A program made the translations under genes and the position numbers. DNA of 64,000 nt, from contig NC_058368.1 in assembly GCF_018350175.1 (NCBI RefSeq), positions 107,386,001-107,450,000 of the forward strand, given 5' to 3'. This document shows positions 49,901 to 61,525 of the stretch, piece by piece. Position 1 is the first letter of the stretch. The number at the start of each line of letters is the position of its first letter. This DNA is from Felis catus (Eukaryota). The notes below the pieces were generated by a model. It saw only the letters and a program-made list of their open reading frames with translations. It did no database searches and was not told the origin of the DNA.

Positions 49901-51404
49901 CAGATAATACCAAACAAACAGTAAAAAATGCACGTTATATTTGGGAGAAAGTACTTGTGGGTGCATGCAAGGAGGCTAAGTAGTGGAATGTGGTGCTTGC
50001 CTGCCATTTTTGTAACATAGCATCCTTTGCTCCTTTTCCAGTTAATAGAGCCTTTGAGGTCCTTTTAGTTGTTTTGTTTTATTTTGCTTAAACTAGTTGA
50101 AATGGGGTTTGTATCACTTAAAATTGAACAGGTCTTTATTTTCTTACTAGGACTTTTCCTGTTCTGTTGTCCATTATGTTTCAAAAATAAGCAAAACAGT
50201 ACATTACTATCTTCTCTTCAAGAATTGAGTCACTAGGCAAGTATGGAGCATGACTTCAATCTCATGAGAGGCAAAGGTCAGACCAGGAAAGGAATGATAC
50301 TTTGGAAATTTGCTTTGAGAAATGTCTACATGATTAAACAGAGTAAAATTTTCATTTCTCTCTTTTGTCAGTGAGGCTATAGATTTGAACCAGATTCCAC
50401 TTTAAGTGGAATTAGAGTGATAGACTAATGAATTAGAAAAGTCAGAAATGTAGGATTAAATAAGGTATATAAGATTCTAACAGTAGGGTTTTGATAATAG
50501 TTCGATATCTCCTGTTTGCCTGCTGTCACTGGCCACGCCATCGGAGTGTAGCCCTGAGGATCTGAGACCTGGGGAAGTTCCCTTGATACACCACTCTGCT
50601 CTCTTGCATGCCACTGCAGATTGCAGGATTGTGAAGTATCTCGATACCATGGCTTAGTATTACATTTTTTGAGTGTTTACAAATTGCTTTTAATGTACTG
50701 GTGAATCTATGATATACACCCATTGGAAACTATTTTTTAAAATTCTTTTGAAAAATAGGGATAACGTATCTATGTACATGAAAACAAAAACTTCTTTATA
50801 TTGATTATCAGATCATGAAAAGTGACATGAGCAAAATAATTATTTTTGTTACATATTTGTAACTTTTTCCAGCCTTACGTCTAGTATCAGGTCAATGGAG
50901 TTCTTGTCAAGAATGCATGTTTTATGGCCTTATTCTTTCTTTTCTTTCTCATAATGTTTCCTCTAGTCTTATTAAAATTGCATTCTTATCGCTAAGAAAT
51001 TCCTGATAACCTCAGATAAAATTCTCCTAAATGAAAAATATGGTGTTAAAATTTTTGTAATAAAATATGGAAATATTTTAACAGAAGTATTGTTGCAGGT
51101 ACAATCTTTTTGTTGTCATGCACACTACAATTTTAGACAAATAATGTTTGGAAAACATCCAATAATTTGCCACCATTCGTGATTATTTTCAGTATTTGTC
51201 AGGTGTAATTGCTAACAAATATAGAATATAGAGCTTCTCAGTATTATAATGTTCCAGTGGAAAATATAAATACATCCAATAAAAATAGGAACTTAATTCC
51301 TTTTACAAATATTTTAGGGTTCAGTTAAATTTGAAATTTAACTTTTATCCACTCTTTGAGCTTTCAGTGTTTAATTTGTTTGGTTCTTACATGACTTTTA
51401 AAGT

Positions 51405-51545
51405 AAGCTTCTTTCTTATATAACATACATATTAAAGAGTGAACAAATCACAAATCGTACAGCTTGGTGAAACTTCACTAAGTGATCAGTGTCAATGTAA
51501 CTGCCACTCAGATCAAGAAATAGATCATTATGAGGTTTCCAGAAG
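51405..51545 (-). mobile_element. Old L1 3' end fragment
   Basis: ATATAACATACATATTAAAGAGTGAACAAATC...GTACAGCTTGGTGAA...CACTCAGATCAAGAAATAGA. Confidence 0.6.
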
Positions 51546-51661
51546 TTCCTATCACCTCTGTTCCCCATCACTATTAGGAGTCCATTGTTTTTTTCAGCTT
51601 GGAAAAAACGTCTTCACCTGCTGTCCATTTTATGAGGTGGTGTAGCATTCACATTAATTCA

Positions 51662-51664
<3 letters not shown>

Positions 51665-51742
<78 letters not shown>
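51665..51742 (+). repeat. Compound microsatellite (TG)22(GA)17
   Basis: Perfect adjacent runs. Confidence 0.97.
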
Positions 51743-51744
<2 letters not shown>

Positions 51745-53298
51745 ATGAGTGAGAGGAAGACTGTTGATGAGTAACACTTCATCTACTTCTGTTTTAATTT
51801 GAAGATGATTCATTATGTAAACCCATCTTTACATGTTCATTGATAAGGATGGCCATTATAAGAACTGGATATTTACTGTAGGTGTAGATCCTTGACACAA
51901 AGCCAGAACAACCTATTTGAAATGTCAGTGCCAATTGCTCAGAGTAATGTAGTAAAATGGGTTCTTCTCATTGCATGGCTGCAGAGTGCCAGGTGCTTGG
52001 AAATCTTAAGAAAACAAGAGGAGAGACAGGAAGTGAATGTGCAGGGGTGTGGGAAAACCAGTAAATCACATCTTTTTTCCATCTTGAACTTAGAGCCCTG
52101 GAAAAGAAACTGATAGAGATCTAATATTGGCTTTGATGCTGATAAAGCTAATCATAGAATATGGCTTTAGTGTGCAGACCAAAGGACTTGCTAAAGAAAG
52201 TTTGGGTCTCTTAAAGCAAATATACTGTCCAGGGGTAACTGCTTTAAATGGACAGAGAAGAAAAAAAAACTAATCCCTAGTTCTTACAGATGTTTAATAG
52301 ATTAGTTTTGCTAATTAAAAAAAAAACATGAATCAATGCCTATCAAACCCTTGGTAATCAAGGACATATATATTCCACTCCTTATATATGGAGTGGAATA
52401 AATAAGGGATGAGGAAAGAGTAGGTATTACAGGGTCATTGTCATTCTGCATGAAGAAATTAAACCAGGGGAATGGAGATTCCTCCATAATATTACATGTT
52501 AGTCATAACAAATAACATCTTTACAGACTGCCTATAGGTCTAAATTCTGTCTTCTGCTGTAATCAAGATAATTTCAACTTAATGTTCAAAACCCTTAGGT
52601 AATCACATATGCCTATACAGAGAGTAATATAATCCTCCTTAGAATATATAAAATGAATTACTTAGACAAATTAATCAGTACTTTGGTGGTCTAAATAGCA
52701 CTGAAGTATTAATCACTCCTGCCTTTCAAATAAATAGAATTTAATTAATAATTTGACCCCAGAATTCCAAGAATTGTGTATTTCTCTTACTGATAATGTT
52801 AAGTAAATCGAAGGTACTCTGCAGAAACAAACAAACAAACAAACAAACAAACAAAAACAGGAGAAAAGTAGTTCTAATATGTACAGTCTGTAAGCCAGAA
52901 AACTTGGCCTTCATTCTAGGCCCAAATTTAAAATCCATTATTAAAAGGTTGATATATGACCAGTTGGGAAGAAAAGCAGTAATCCTTAAAGCCACATGGC
53001 CTCATTAAAATAAACTATGTCAGAATAACTATTACAATTTTTTTTCTGACAAGGTTATGAGATTGGTAGTGTATAGAAATACTAAAGACAATAAAAATAG
53101 AAATAATTGTAAGGATAATAACAATAGCAATAATGTTCACTTTCATCTTTTGAGCTCTTATGACATGAATACTAGTTTTAAAGCCATTAGAACACTGTGT
53201 GATACATGATAGCAGCTCAATAAGTGTAAACTATTTTTATGGCTGTTATTGTTGCTATTGTTTTTTAAGGAACTTGAGGTAGATAAAAATATACCAGG

Positions 53299-54033
53299 TG
53301 CTATGGGCTGAATGTGTGTTCTCAAAATTCATATGTTGTAATCTTAATGCCCAAGTATTAGGCTATGATAATAATAATTATTATTATATTATTAGTATTA
53401 GGCTTTAATAATAATAATAATAGTTATTATTATTATTGTATACTAGGAGGTGGGCCTTTGAAAGGCGATTAGTTCATGAGGGCAGATGCCCTATGAATGA
53501 GATAAATGCTCTTTTTAAAAAAAAAATTTTAATGTTCATTAATTTTATTTTTTATTTTTTATTATTTTTTATTTTTTAAATTTTTTTTCAACGTTTTTTA
53601 TTTATTTTTGGGACAGAGAGAGACAGAGCATGAACGGGGGAGGGCCAGAGAGAGAGGGAGACAAAATCCAAAGCAGGCTCCAGGCTCCCAGCTGTCAGCA
53701 CAGGGCCCAATGCAGGGCTCAAACCCAGGAACTGGGAGACCATGACCTGACCCAAAGTCAGATGCCTAACTGCCTAAGCCACCCAGGTGCCCTGAGATTA
53801 AAGCTCTTATAAAAGAGGCCTGAATGAGTTCCCTCGTGTCTTTTACCATGTGAGGACAGAGAGAAAAGTTGGTAGTCTGCAACCTGGAAAGGGGCTTTTA
53901 CCAGGCAGAGAATCTGCCATTGCCCTGATCTTGGATTTCTCAGCCTCCAGAACTGTGAGGAATATATATCTATTATTTATAAGCTACCCAGGTTATGGTG
54001 TTTTTGTTAGAGCAGCCTAAATAGAGTAAGAGA
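53299..54033 (+). mobile_element. MLT1A-type ERVL-MaLR solo LTR, interrupted by a SINE
   Basis: TGCTATGGGCTGAATGTG...AAAATTCATATGTTG start; GATCTTGGATTTCTCAGCCTCCAGAACTGTGAG...AGCAGCCTAAATAGAGTAAGA end. Confidence 0.9.
53515..53792 (-). mobile_element. CanSINE (apparently chimeric, double tail)
   Basis: Reverse SINE; imperfect TSD TGAGATAAATGCTCTT / TGAGATTAAAGCTCTT. Confidence 0.92.
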
Positions 54034-55886
54034 TGGGGTATTAATAAAAAAAATTGTGCAAAGTTCTTAATATTGTATAAATTGATTAAATGGGACAGAG
54101 TTTAGTATAAAAAGGTGAACCTGTAACTAGGTGGTATATAAAGAAATATCTTCAGTGGAGTAACAAAGGTCTATGATGTAGACCCTTTTTATTCAACACT
54201 TTCATTAATGACTTTATGCAGACATGTCCATTAGTAGATAAATTAAACAGAAGAGTGGAAAATCAGGGCCCCATGGGTTTTGTAATCCTGAAACAACATA
54301 CACGGTGCAATATATCTTTTTAAATTCGTGTTTCTGTTTTCTTCATATAAATACCCAGAAGTGGAATTACTATATCATATGATATTTCTGTTTTCAATTT
54401 TTTGAGGAATCTCCATACTGTTTTTCTTAGTGGTTACACCACTTTATATTCCCAACAATCATGCATGGTTCCCTTTTATCTACATCCTCAACAACACTTG
54501 ATATTTCTTATGTTTTTAATAGCTCATTTTGATTTTGATTTGCATTTCTCTGATGACTGGTAATGTTGAACATCTTTTCATATACCTGTTAGTTATCTAT
54601 ATGTCTTTTTTGGAAAAATATGTATTTAGTTACTCTGGCATTTTTTCATCAGATGTTTTTATTTTGTTATTGAGTTGTTTGAGATCTTCATATTTTGGGG
54701 TTATTAACCCCTTACTGGTTATATGATTGGCAAATATCTCCCATTCATTAGATTGCCTTTCCTTTTGTTGATGGTTTTCTTCACTGTACAGAACTTTTAT
54801 AGTTTGATATAATCCTATTTGTTTATTTTTGCTTTTGTTGACTTTGCCTTTGGAGTCAGATCGAAAAAATCACTGCCAAGACCTGTGTCAGGAAGCTCAC
54901 TGACTGTGTTTTCTTCTAGGAGTTTTATGGTTTCATGTCTAATGTTCAAGTCCAGTTGTGTTATTTTGGATCTGGCTGTCCAGTTTTCCCAACACTATGT
55001 ATTGAAGAGACTGTCCATTCCTCGTTGTAAATTCTTGGCTCTTCCGCTCTAAATTAACTGACCATATGCATGTGGGTTTATTTCTGGGCTCACTGTTCCA
55101 TCAATCTTTGTATTTGTTTTTATGCCAATACCATACTATTTGATTATTACCACTTTGTACTATTCTTTGTCAAGATTACTTTAGCTATTCAGCATCTTTT
55201 GTGGTTCTGTACAAATTTTAGGATGGTTTGTTTGATTTCTTTGAAAACTACTTTTGAAATTTTGGTAGGAATCACACTGAGTCTGTACATTGCTTTGGGT
55301 AATATAAATATTTAAACAATATTAATTCTAATACATGAGCATGGACTATCTTTTCATTTATTTGTATCATTTTCAGCGTGTTATTGTTTCACTGGATAAG
55401 TCTTTCACCTCCTTGATTAAAATTTATTCCTACATATTTTACTGTTTTTGTTGCAACTGTAAATGGGATTGTTTTCTTAATTTCTTTTTCTGATAATTTG
55501 TTTTGGTGTATAAAAGCACAAACATATATTGATTTTATACCCTGCAACTTTGCTGTATTTATTAGTTCTAATAGTTTTTTGTTTTTTGCTTTTAAAGAAC
55601 CACCCAAGTGCTCAAGTTCTGTTTTTTGTTTTGTTTTGTTTTTAATGCAGTCTTTAGGGTTCATTGTACATAAAACCATGTCATCCACAAATAGTGGCTC
55701 TTTTACTTTTTCCTTTCCAATTTGCTTATCGCTTCTCGGCCTTTTAGCTAGGATCATGTGTAGTATCTGTTCTTATCAGTTTAATATCTAATATGTCCTC
55801 TATCCAATTTGGGTGACTTTTATTTATTTTTTCTGCTTTATCACTCTGTCTGGGACTTCCAGGGCTATGAATAAAATTGGCTAGAG

Positions 55887-56097
55887 GGGCTCCTGGGTGG
55901 CTCCGTCGGTTGAGCGTCCCACTTTGGCTCAGGTCATGATCTCACACTCCCATGAGTTCAAGCCCCGCATTGGGCTCTGTGCTGATAGCACGGAGCCTAG
56001 AGCCTGCTTCCGATTCTGTGTCTCCCTCTCTCTCTACCCCTCCCCTGTTCGTGCTCTGTCCCTCTCTGTCTCAAAAATAAATAAGAACACTAAAAAA
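55887..56097 (+). mobile_element. CanSINE with TSD
   Basis: TSD AAAA(T/G)TGGCTAGAG on both flanks. Confidence 0.95.
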
Positions 56098-56670
56098 AAA
56101 AGTGGCTAGAGTGGGTATCCTTCTCTTCAAGGAAAAGCTTTGAGCTTTTCACCTTTGGGTATGATGTTAGCTGAGAACCTATCATATATGGTTTTATTAT
56201 GTTGAGGTACATTTTTTTCTGTCCACTTTGGTTTATGTTGGTATCATAAATGGATATTGAATTTTGATGTGCTTTTTCTGCATCTGTTGAGATAATCATG
56301 GTTTTATCCTTTTTTTGTTAATGTGGTGTATCACATTGGTTGATTTGTGGATGTTAAAGTGTCTTTGGAATCCATGAGATAAATCACACTTGATCATAGT
56401 AAGTTATCCTTTAATGTGTTGTTGAATTTTGTTTGCTAAGATTTTGTTGAGGCTTTTTGCAACCATTTTCATCAGGGATATTGGCCTATAATTTTCTTTT
56501 TATGTGGTATCCTTGTCTGGTTTTAGTAATGCTGGCCTTGTAAAATGAGCTTGAAAGTGTTCCCACCTCTTCGATTTTTGGAAGATTTGAGGAGGATAGG
56601 TATTCAGTCTTTTAATAGTCGGTTAAATTCAACGCTTGGATGATCTGGTCCTGGACATTTGTTTGGGAGG

Positions 56671-56872
56671 TTTTTTTAAAATGTTTATTTATTAATTTTT
56701 GGTGAGAGAGAGTGAGCACACACATGCAGGGGAGGAGAAGAGAGAGAGAGAACGAGAATCCCAAGCTGGCTCTGTGCTGACAGCCTGGAGCTTGAACCCA
56801 CAAACTGTGAGATCATGACCTGAGCTGAAATTACAAGTTGGGCAGTCAACCAACTGAGCCACCCAGGCACCC
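56671..56872 (-). mobile_element. CanSINE
   Basis: Reverse SINE ending GAGCCACCCAGGCACCC. Confidence 0.93.
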
Positions 56873-57535
56873 TTGATTACTGATTCAATCTCCTTATTAG
56901 TAGTTGGTCTATTCAGCTTTTCTATTTCTTCATGATACAGTATTGGGAGATTGTATGTTTATAGGAATTTATCCATTTCTTCTGGGTTGTTATATTTGTT
57001 GGAATATAATTGTTCATAGGAGTTTCTTATGATATCCTTTGTATTTCTGCACTATCACTTGTAACTTTTCTTTCATTTCTGATTTTATTTATTTGAGTTC
57101 TTTCTTAGTAAATCCAGGTAAAGTTTTGTCACCTTTATCTTTTCAAGTAACTGGCTCTCAGTTTCATTGCTCTTTTCTGTTGTCTTTTCTAGCTGTTCTC
57201 TATTTCATTTATTTCTGCTCTGATCTGTATTTCCTTCTTTCTTAATACTTTTGGGTTTTATTTATACTTCTTTTTCTAGTTTCTTTGGGTGTCAAGTTAG
57301 ATTGTTTATTTGGGTGTCAAGTTAGATTGTATCACTGTAAACTTTCCTCTAAGACCTGCTCTTGCTGTATTTCTGTGGATTTTGAATTGTTGTATTTCTA
57401 TTTTCTTTTGTCTCAAGGTAATTTTTATTTCCCCTTTGATTTCTTCATTGACCTATAGTTTGTTCAGTAGCTTATGGCTTAATTTCCACATATGTGTGAC
57501 TTTTTTCAGTGTTCTTTAAATGGTTTCCATGTTTT

Positions 57536-57748
57536 GGGGTGCCTGGGTGGCTCAGTTGGTTAAACATCTGACTTTGGCTAAGGTCATGATCTCACTGTTG
57601 ATGAGTTCGAGCCCTGCATTGGGCTCTGTGCTGACAGCTCAGAGCCTGGAACCTGCTTCAGATTCTATGTCTCCCTTTTTCTCTGCCCTTTCCCTGCTCA
57701 CACTGTGTCTGTCTATCTCAAAAATAAATAAACATTAAACAAAATAAA
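57536..57748 (+). mobile_element. CanSINE
   Basis: GGGGTGCCTGGGTGGCTCAG head, AAAATAAATAAACATTAAA tail. Confidence 0.94.
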
Positions 57749-58133
57749 GCCATTTCTATGTTTACGCTACTCTTGTCATGGAAAATACTTCTTAAAATTT
57801 CAGTCTTCTTAAATTTATTGAGACTTGTTTAATGGCCTAAAATATGATCTGTTCTGCAGAATGTTTCATACGCACTTGAGAAAAATGTGTATTCTGCTTT
57901 TGGGTGGAATATTTTGTATATATCTAGCAAGTCCAGTATGGTCTAATATATCATTTAAGACGAATATTTCCTTACTTATTTTTTGTCATGATGATCCAGC
58001 CATTGGTAAAATTAGGGTATTAAAGTCCCCTATTATTATTATACTGCTCTCAGTTTCTCCTTTTAGTTCTGTTAATATTTGTTTTATATATTTAGGTGCT
58101 TTACTGTTGGGTACCTAAATATTTACAAATGTT

Positions 58134-58336
58134 ATATTTTGGTTTTTTGTTTTGTTTTTGTTTTTGTTTTTGTTTTTTGAGGGGTAGAAGGGCAGAGGGA
58201 GATGGAGAGAAGGAATAAGAAGGCTCCAGGCCCAGAGCAGAGACTAAGACAAGGCTTGATCACATAACTGTGAGATCATAACCTGAGCCAAAATCAAGAG
58301 TTCGATGCTTAACCAGCTGAGCTGCCCAGGCACCCC
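58134..58336 (-). mobile_element. CanSINE with TSD
   Basis: TSD ACAAATGTT at 58125-58133 and 58337-58345. Confidence 0.9.
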
Positions 58337-58411
58337 ACAAATGTTCTGTTTTTTTGTTGGGTTGACCCCTTTATCATTATGTAATACCCATCCTGGTCTT
58401 TTATTACAGTC

Positions 58412-58586
58412 TTTTTTTTTAAATTTAAGTGAGCAGGGGAGAGGGACAGAGGCAAAGAGAGAATCCCAGGTAGGCTCACACTCAGTGTGGAATACGACAC
58501 AAAGCTCGATCTCACAATCCTGAGATCATGACCTGAGCTGAAATCAAGAGTTGGTAGCTCAACCAACCGAGCCACCCAGACATCTC
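58412..58586 (-). mobile_element. CanSINE
   Basis: GAGATCATGACCTGAGCTGAAATCAAGAG...GAGCCACCCAG. Confidence 0.9.
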
Positions 58587-59463
58587 ATTATGTTTTTGGT
58601 TTTTTTTAAGTCTGTTTTATCTGATACAAGTGTAGCTACCCCAGGTTTTTTTGTTGGGGGGGGGGGTGGCAGGATTTCTGTTTGCATGAAACATCTTTTT
58701 CCATTCCTTTATTTTCAGTTTGTGTGTGTCCTTACATCTGGAGTAAGCTTCTTAAAGGCATATTATACACGGGCCTTGTTTTCTTCCATTCAGCCATTTT
58801 ATGTCTTGTGATTGTAAAATTTAGTGTATTTATATTTTAGTAGTTTTTGATAGATATGCACTTATTGCAGTTGTGTTCATTGTTATCTAGCTGTTTTTAT
58901 ACTTCCTCTCTGTTCCTCTTTTATCTTGCTTTCTTCGCTTGTGGTTTGATAACTTTCTGTGGTGTTATGATTAGACTCCTTTCTCACTATTTTTTATATA
59001 TCCACTATGTGTTTTTGCTTTCCGATTACCATGAGGCTCAAATAGAAGAGTGAACATATATAATAGTCTCTTTTAAGTTGATTGCAAGTTCAGTTTGAAC
59101 ACACTCTAAAATGCTACATTCCCATTCTCCCATTTTATGTTTTTGTTGTAACATTTTACATCTTTTTATTTTGCATAGCCCTTACCTAATTATTCTAGTT
59201 ATAGTTACTTTTACCATTTTTTGTCTAACCTTCATACTAGTTTTATACATGCTTAGCCTACTACCTTTATTCTATATTTATCTTTACCAGTGTGATTTTT
59301 ACTTTCACGTGTTTTCTTGTTATTAATTTGTACCTTTTATTTTTAGCTTAGACTTAAATTTATCTTTGTTTCATTAAGGTGCTTTATTTTGGTAGGGTTT
59401 TATCATGTTCTTTGGGACATACTCCTCTCTTTCCTCATTTTACTTGACTCTGTGTTTCTTTCT

Positions 59464-59687
59464 TTTTTTTTTTAATTTTTTTTTCAACGTTTATTTATTT
59501 TTGGAACAGAGAGAGACAGAGCATGAACGGGGGAGGGGCAGAGAGAGAGGGAGACACAGAATTGGAAACAGGCTCCAGGCTCTGAGCCATCAGCCCAGAG
59601 CCTGACGCAGGGCTCGAACTCACAGACCGCGAGATCGTGACCTGGCTGAAGTCGGACGCTTAACCGACTGTGCCACCCAGGCGCCCC
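59464..59687 (-). mobile_element. Young felid SINEC_Fc
   Basis: Near-consensus, CpG-rich; short TSD TCTTTCT at 59457-59463 and 59688-59694. Confidence 0.96.
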
Positions 59688-61430
59688 TCTTTCTATGTAT
59701 TAAGCAAAATAGCTCTTTCTTCAAGGAGTGGCCTTGTATAGGACATGAACCTCACTGTTTCATCTTGTTTTAGCTCTTAATTGTCTCTGCAACCTTGTGA
59801 TTATCTAAGCAGCCTGATTTCTTCTTGGAAGGGTCCAGCTATTGAGGATGTGCTAACAAGATCATTGTTCCAGAGGTAGGGATCTTAGCACCTAGTTTCA
59901 GGCTGATTGGAAGCTGTACCTTAAGGCAGCATCTATTAAGGTATGAAAATATATACAGACCTATGACACCACAATTATAAATCCTCCTGGCTTCCAGACC
60001 AGGAACTCTAAAGGGTTCCCTTGACAACAGTTGAAAAATCAGGGCTCCAGACATGTGTATAGGTCCTTTCTGGGAGGTGCTGGCAAGCTGTAGTGCCAAG
60101 AGAGAGTGAGAAGATGGCATCTTCCAGTGTATGTTTCTGGAGAGCATGTCCATAGACTCTAGATATGTGGTAAGCCTGAAGCCCATCCCTTAGCCTGAAG
60201 CTCCAGAACAAATAAATAAGCCTTTTTTTTACAGGAAAAGTAGAGTCCTGTTTTAGACTACTTTCTTTGTATTGGCCTAAGGGCCTGCCAACAAGTGTTT
60301 CTGTGGTTATCTTAAACCCACAGGGCCTAGAATACAATTTATCTTGGCCATCAGAGCCAGGTGCCCAAGGGGATCCTGTGTGGGCCATGCATGTGGCCAT
60401 AGGAGTGGTGTGGGGGCAAGTCATTCCCCTTGTCCTTACTCAGTCCCTGGGAGTGGCATGGGGGTAGGTTGTGTCTCTAGTGCTAGCAAGGCAGAGGGAG
60501 AATGCAATAAATTGTGTGAACCAGTGCCTCGGTCCCCACAGAAAGTTCTAACAGACTCCTGCTCCTATAGAAGATGCTTTAAGATTAGCTAGTGAATCTC
60601 TTTCTCATATGGTGTTTGTGCTTTTCAAATGCTGTGTTTGCACTGAGCCCGGGGTAGTGAATCTGCAAGCAAGCCCTCAAGAGTTGAATCTCCATTTCCT
60701 ACAGCCCTATGGTTCTGGATATAAGCCCTGTTGGTTTTGAAAGTCAGATGTTTTGTGGGCTTCTCTCTCAGAGGTAGGTCCCAAGGCTCACGGACCTCAT
60801 GTGGGGCACAAACACCTTGCTCCTCAGGGAGAAGCTTCATGCTTGTGAGATCCATCCCATTTGTGGGTTGTCATGCTGGGTGTGGGGGTTTTGGGTGATA
60901 TCCCATCTCTGTCTCTCCTCCCCATCTTGATGTGGCCCTTCTATCTTTGGTTGTGGAGAAGCAGCTCAGGTAGTTTTCAGATTTTTCAGAGGGGATTGTT
61001 GCATCTGTAGCTGTAGTCCTGTTGTGTCCATGGGAGGAGGGGAATTCCCCATATTTCTACACTGCCATCATGAACCACCTCCTCCTATATTCTCTTGCTG
61101 TTGTGTGGAGTATTCCATAGGTATCTATTAGGTCTAGTTGGCTTATAGTTGTGCAAGTCTTCTATCTTTGCTGATCTTCTGTTTATCCAGTTTGTCTACA
61201 GTTCTCTCTTATTGATGAGGCAACCTACAGATTAGCCTAATCTGAAATCACATCCCACTTGCCTTTCACTGCAGCCTCTACTGTTTTTTTAGAGTAACCT
61301 TAGGCTTCACTTTCTCTGGTGAAATCAATTCCTTTGGGAAGAGATTAGGACCTGTTTCTCCACAACCCTCCCCTCTAAAATCTCTAAATCCAGGCCTCTG
61401 GAGGTAAGGGTGGATACAGTGGCAATTCTT

Positions 61431-61525
61431 TGACCTTGAGAAAGTCATCTGAACAGGTGTATTTCAGTTTGCTCATCTGTGACATGAGGGTGTTGATGAA
61501 TTGATTCTGTTCTGGTTCCAGTATT
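61431..61525 (+). mobile_element. MIR core fragment
   Basis: TGACCTTGAGAAAGTCA...TCAGTTTGCTCATCTGTGACATGAGG. Confidence 0.65.

Larger units (their letters stand above)
54300..61085 (-). mobile_element. Long degraded LINE-1 (5'UTR to ORF2 end; ORF1 mostly deleted, 3' terminus missing)
   Basis: RT motif QIGKEKVKEPLFVDDMVL (ORF 55389-55757), MIISTDAEKA (56090-56299), EN motif KDQDGYYIMIKGS (58309-58575); GC-richer 5'UTR ending CTACACTGCCATCATGAACCACCTCC. Confidence 0.9.

Noticed and set aside
50500..50660. GC-richer patch with short open frames on both strands
   Set aside because: No recognisable protein and no convincing splice sites
336..59687. tRNA genes suggested by A/B-box sequences
   Set aside because: All are tRNA-derived SINE heads followed by SINE body and tail; none forms a complete tRNA
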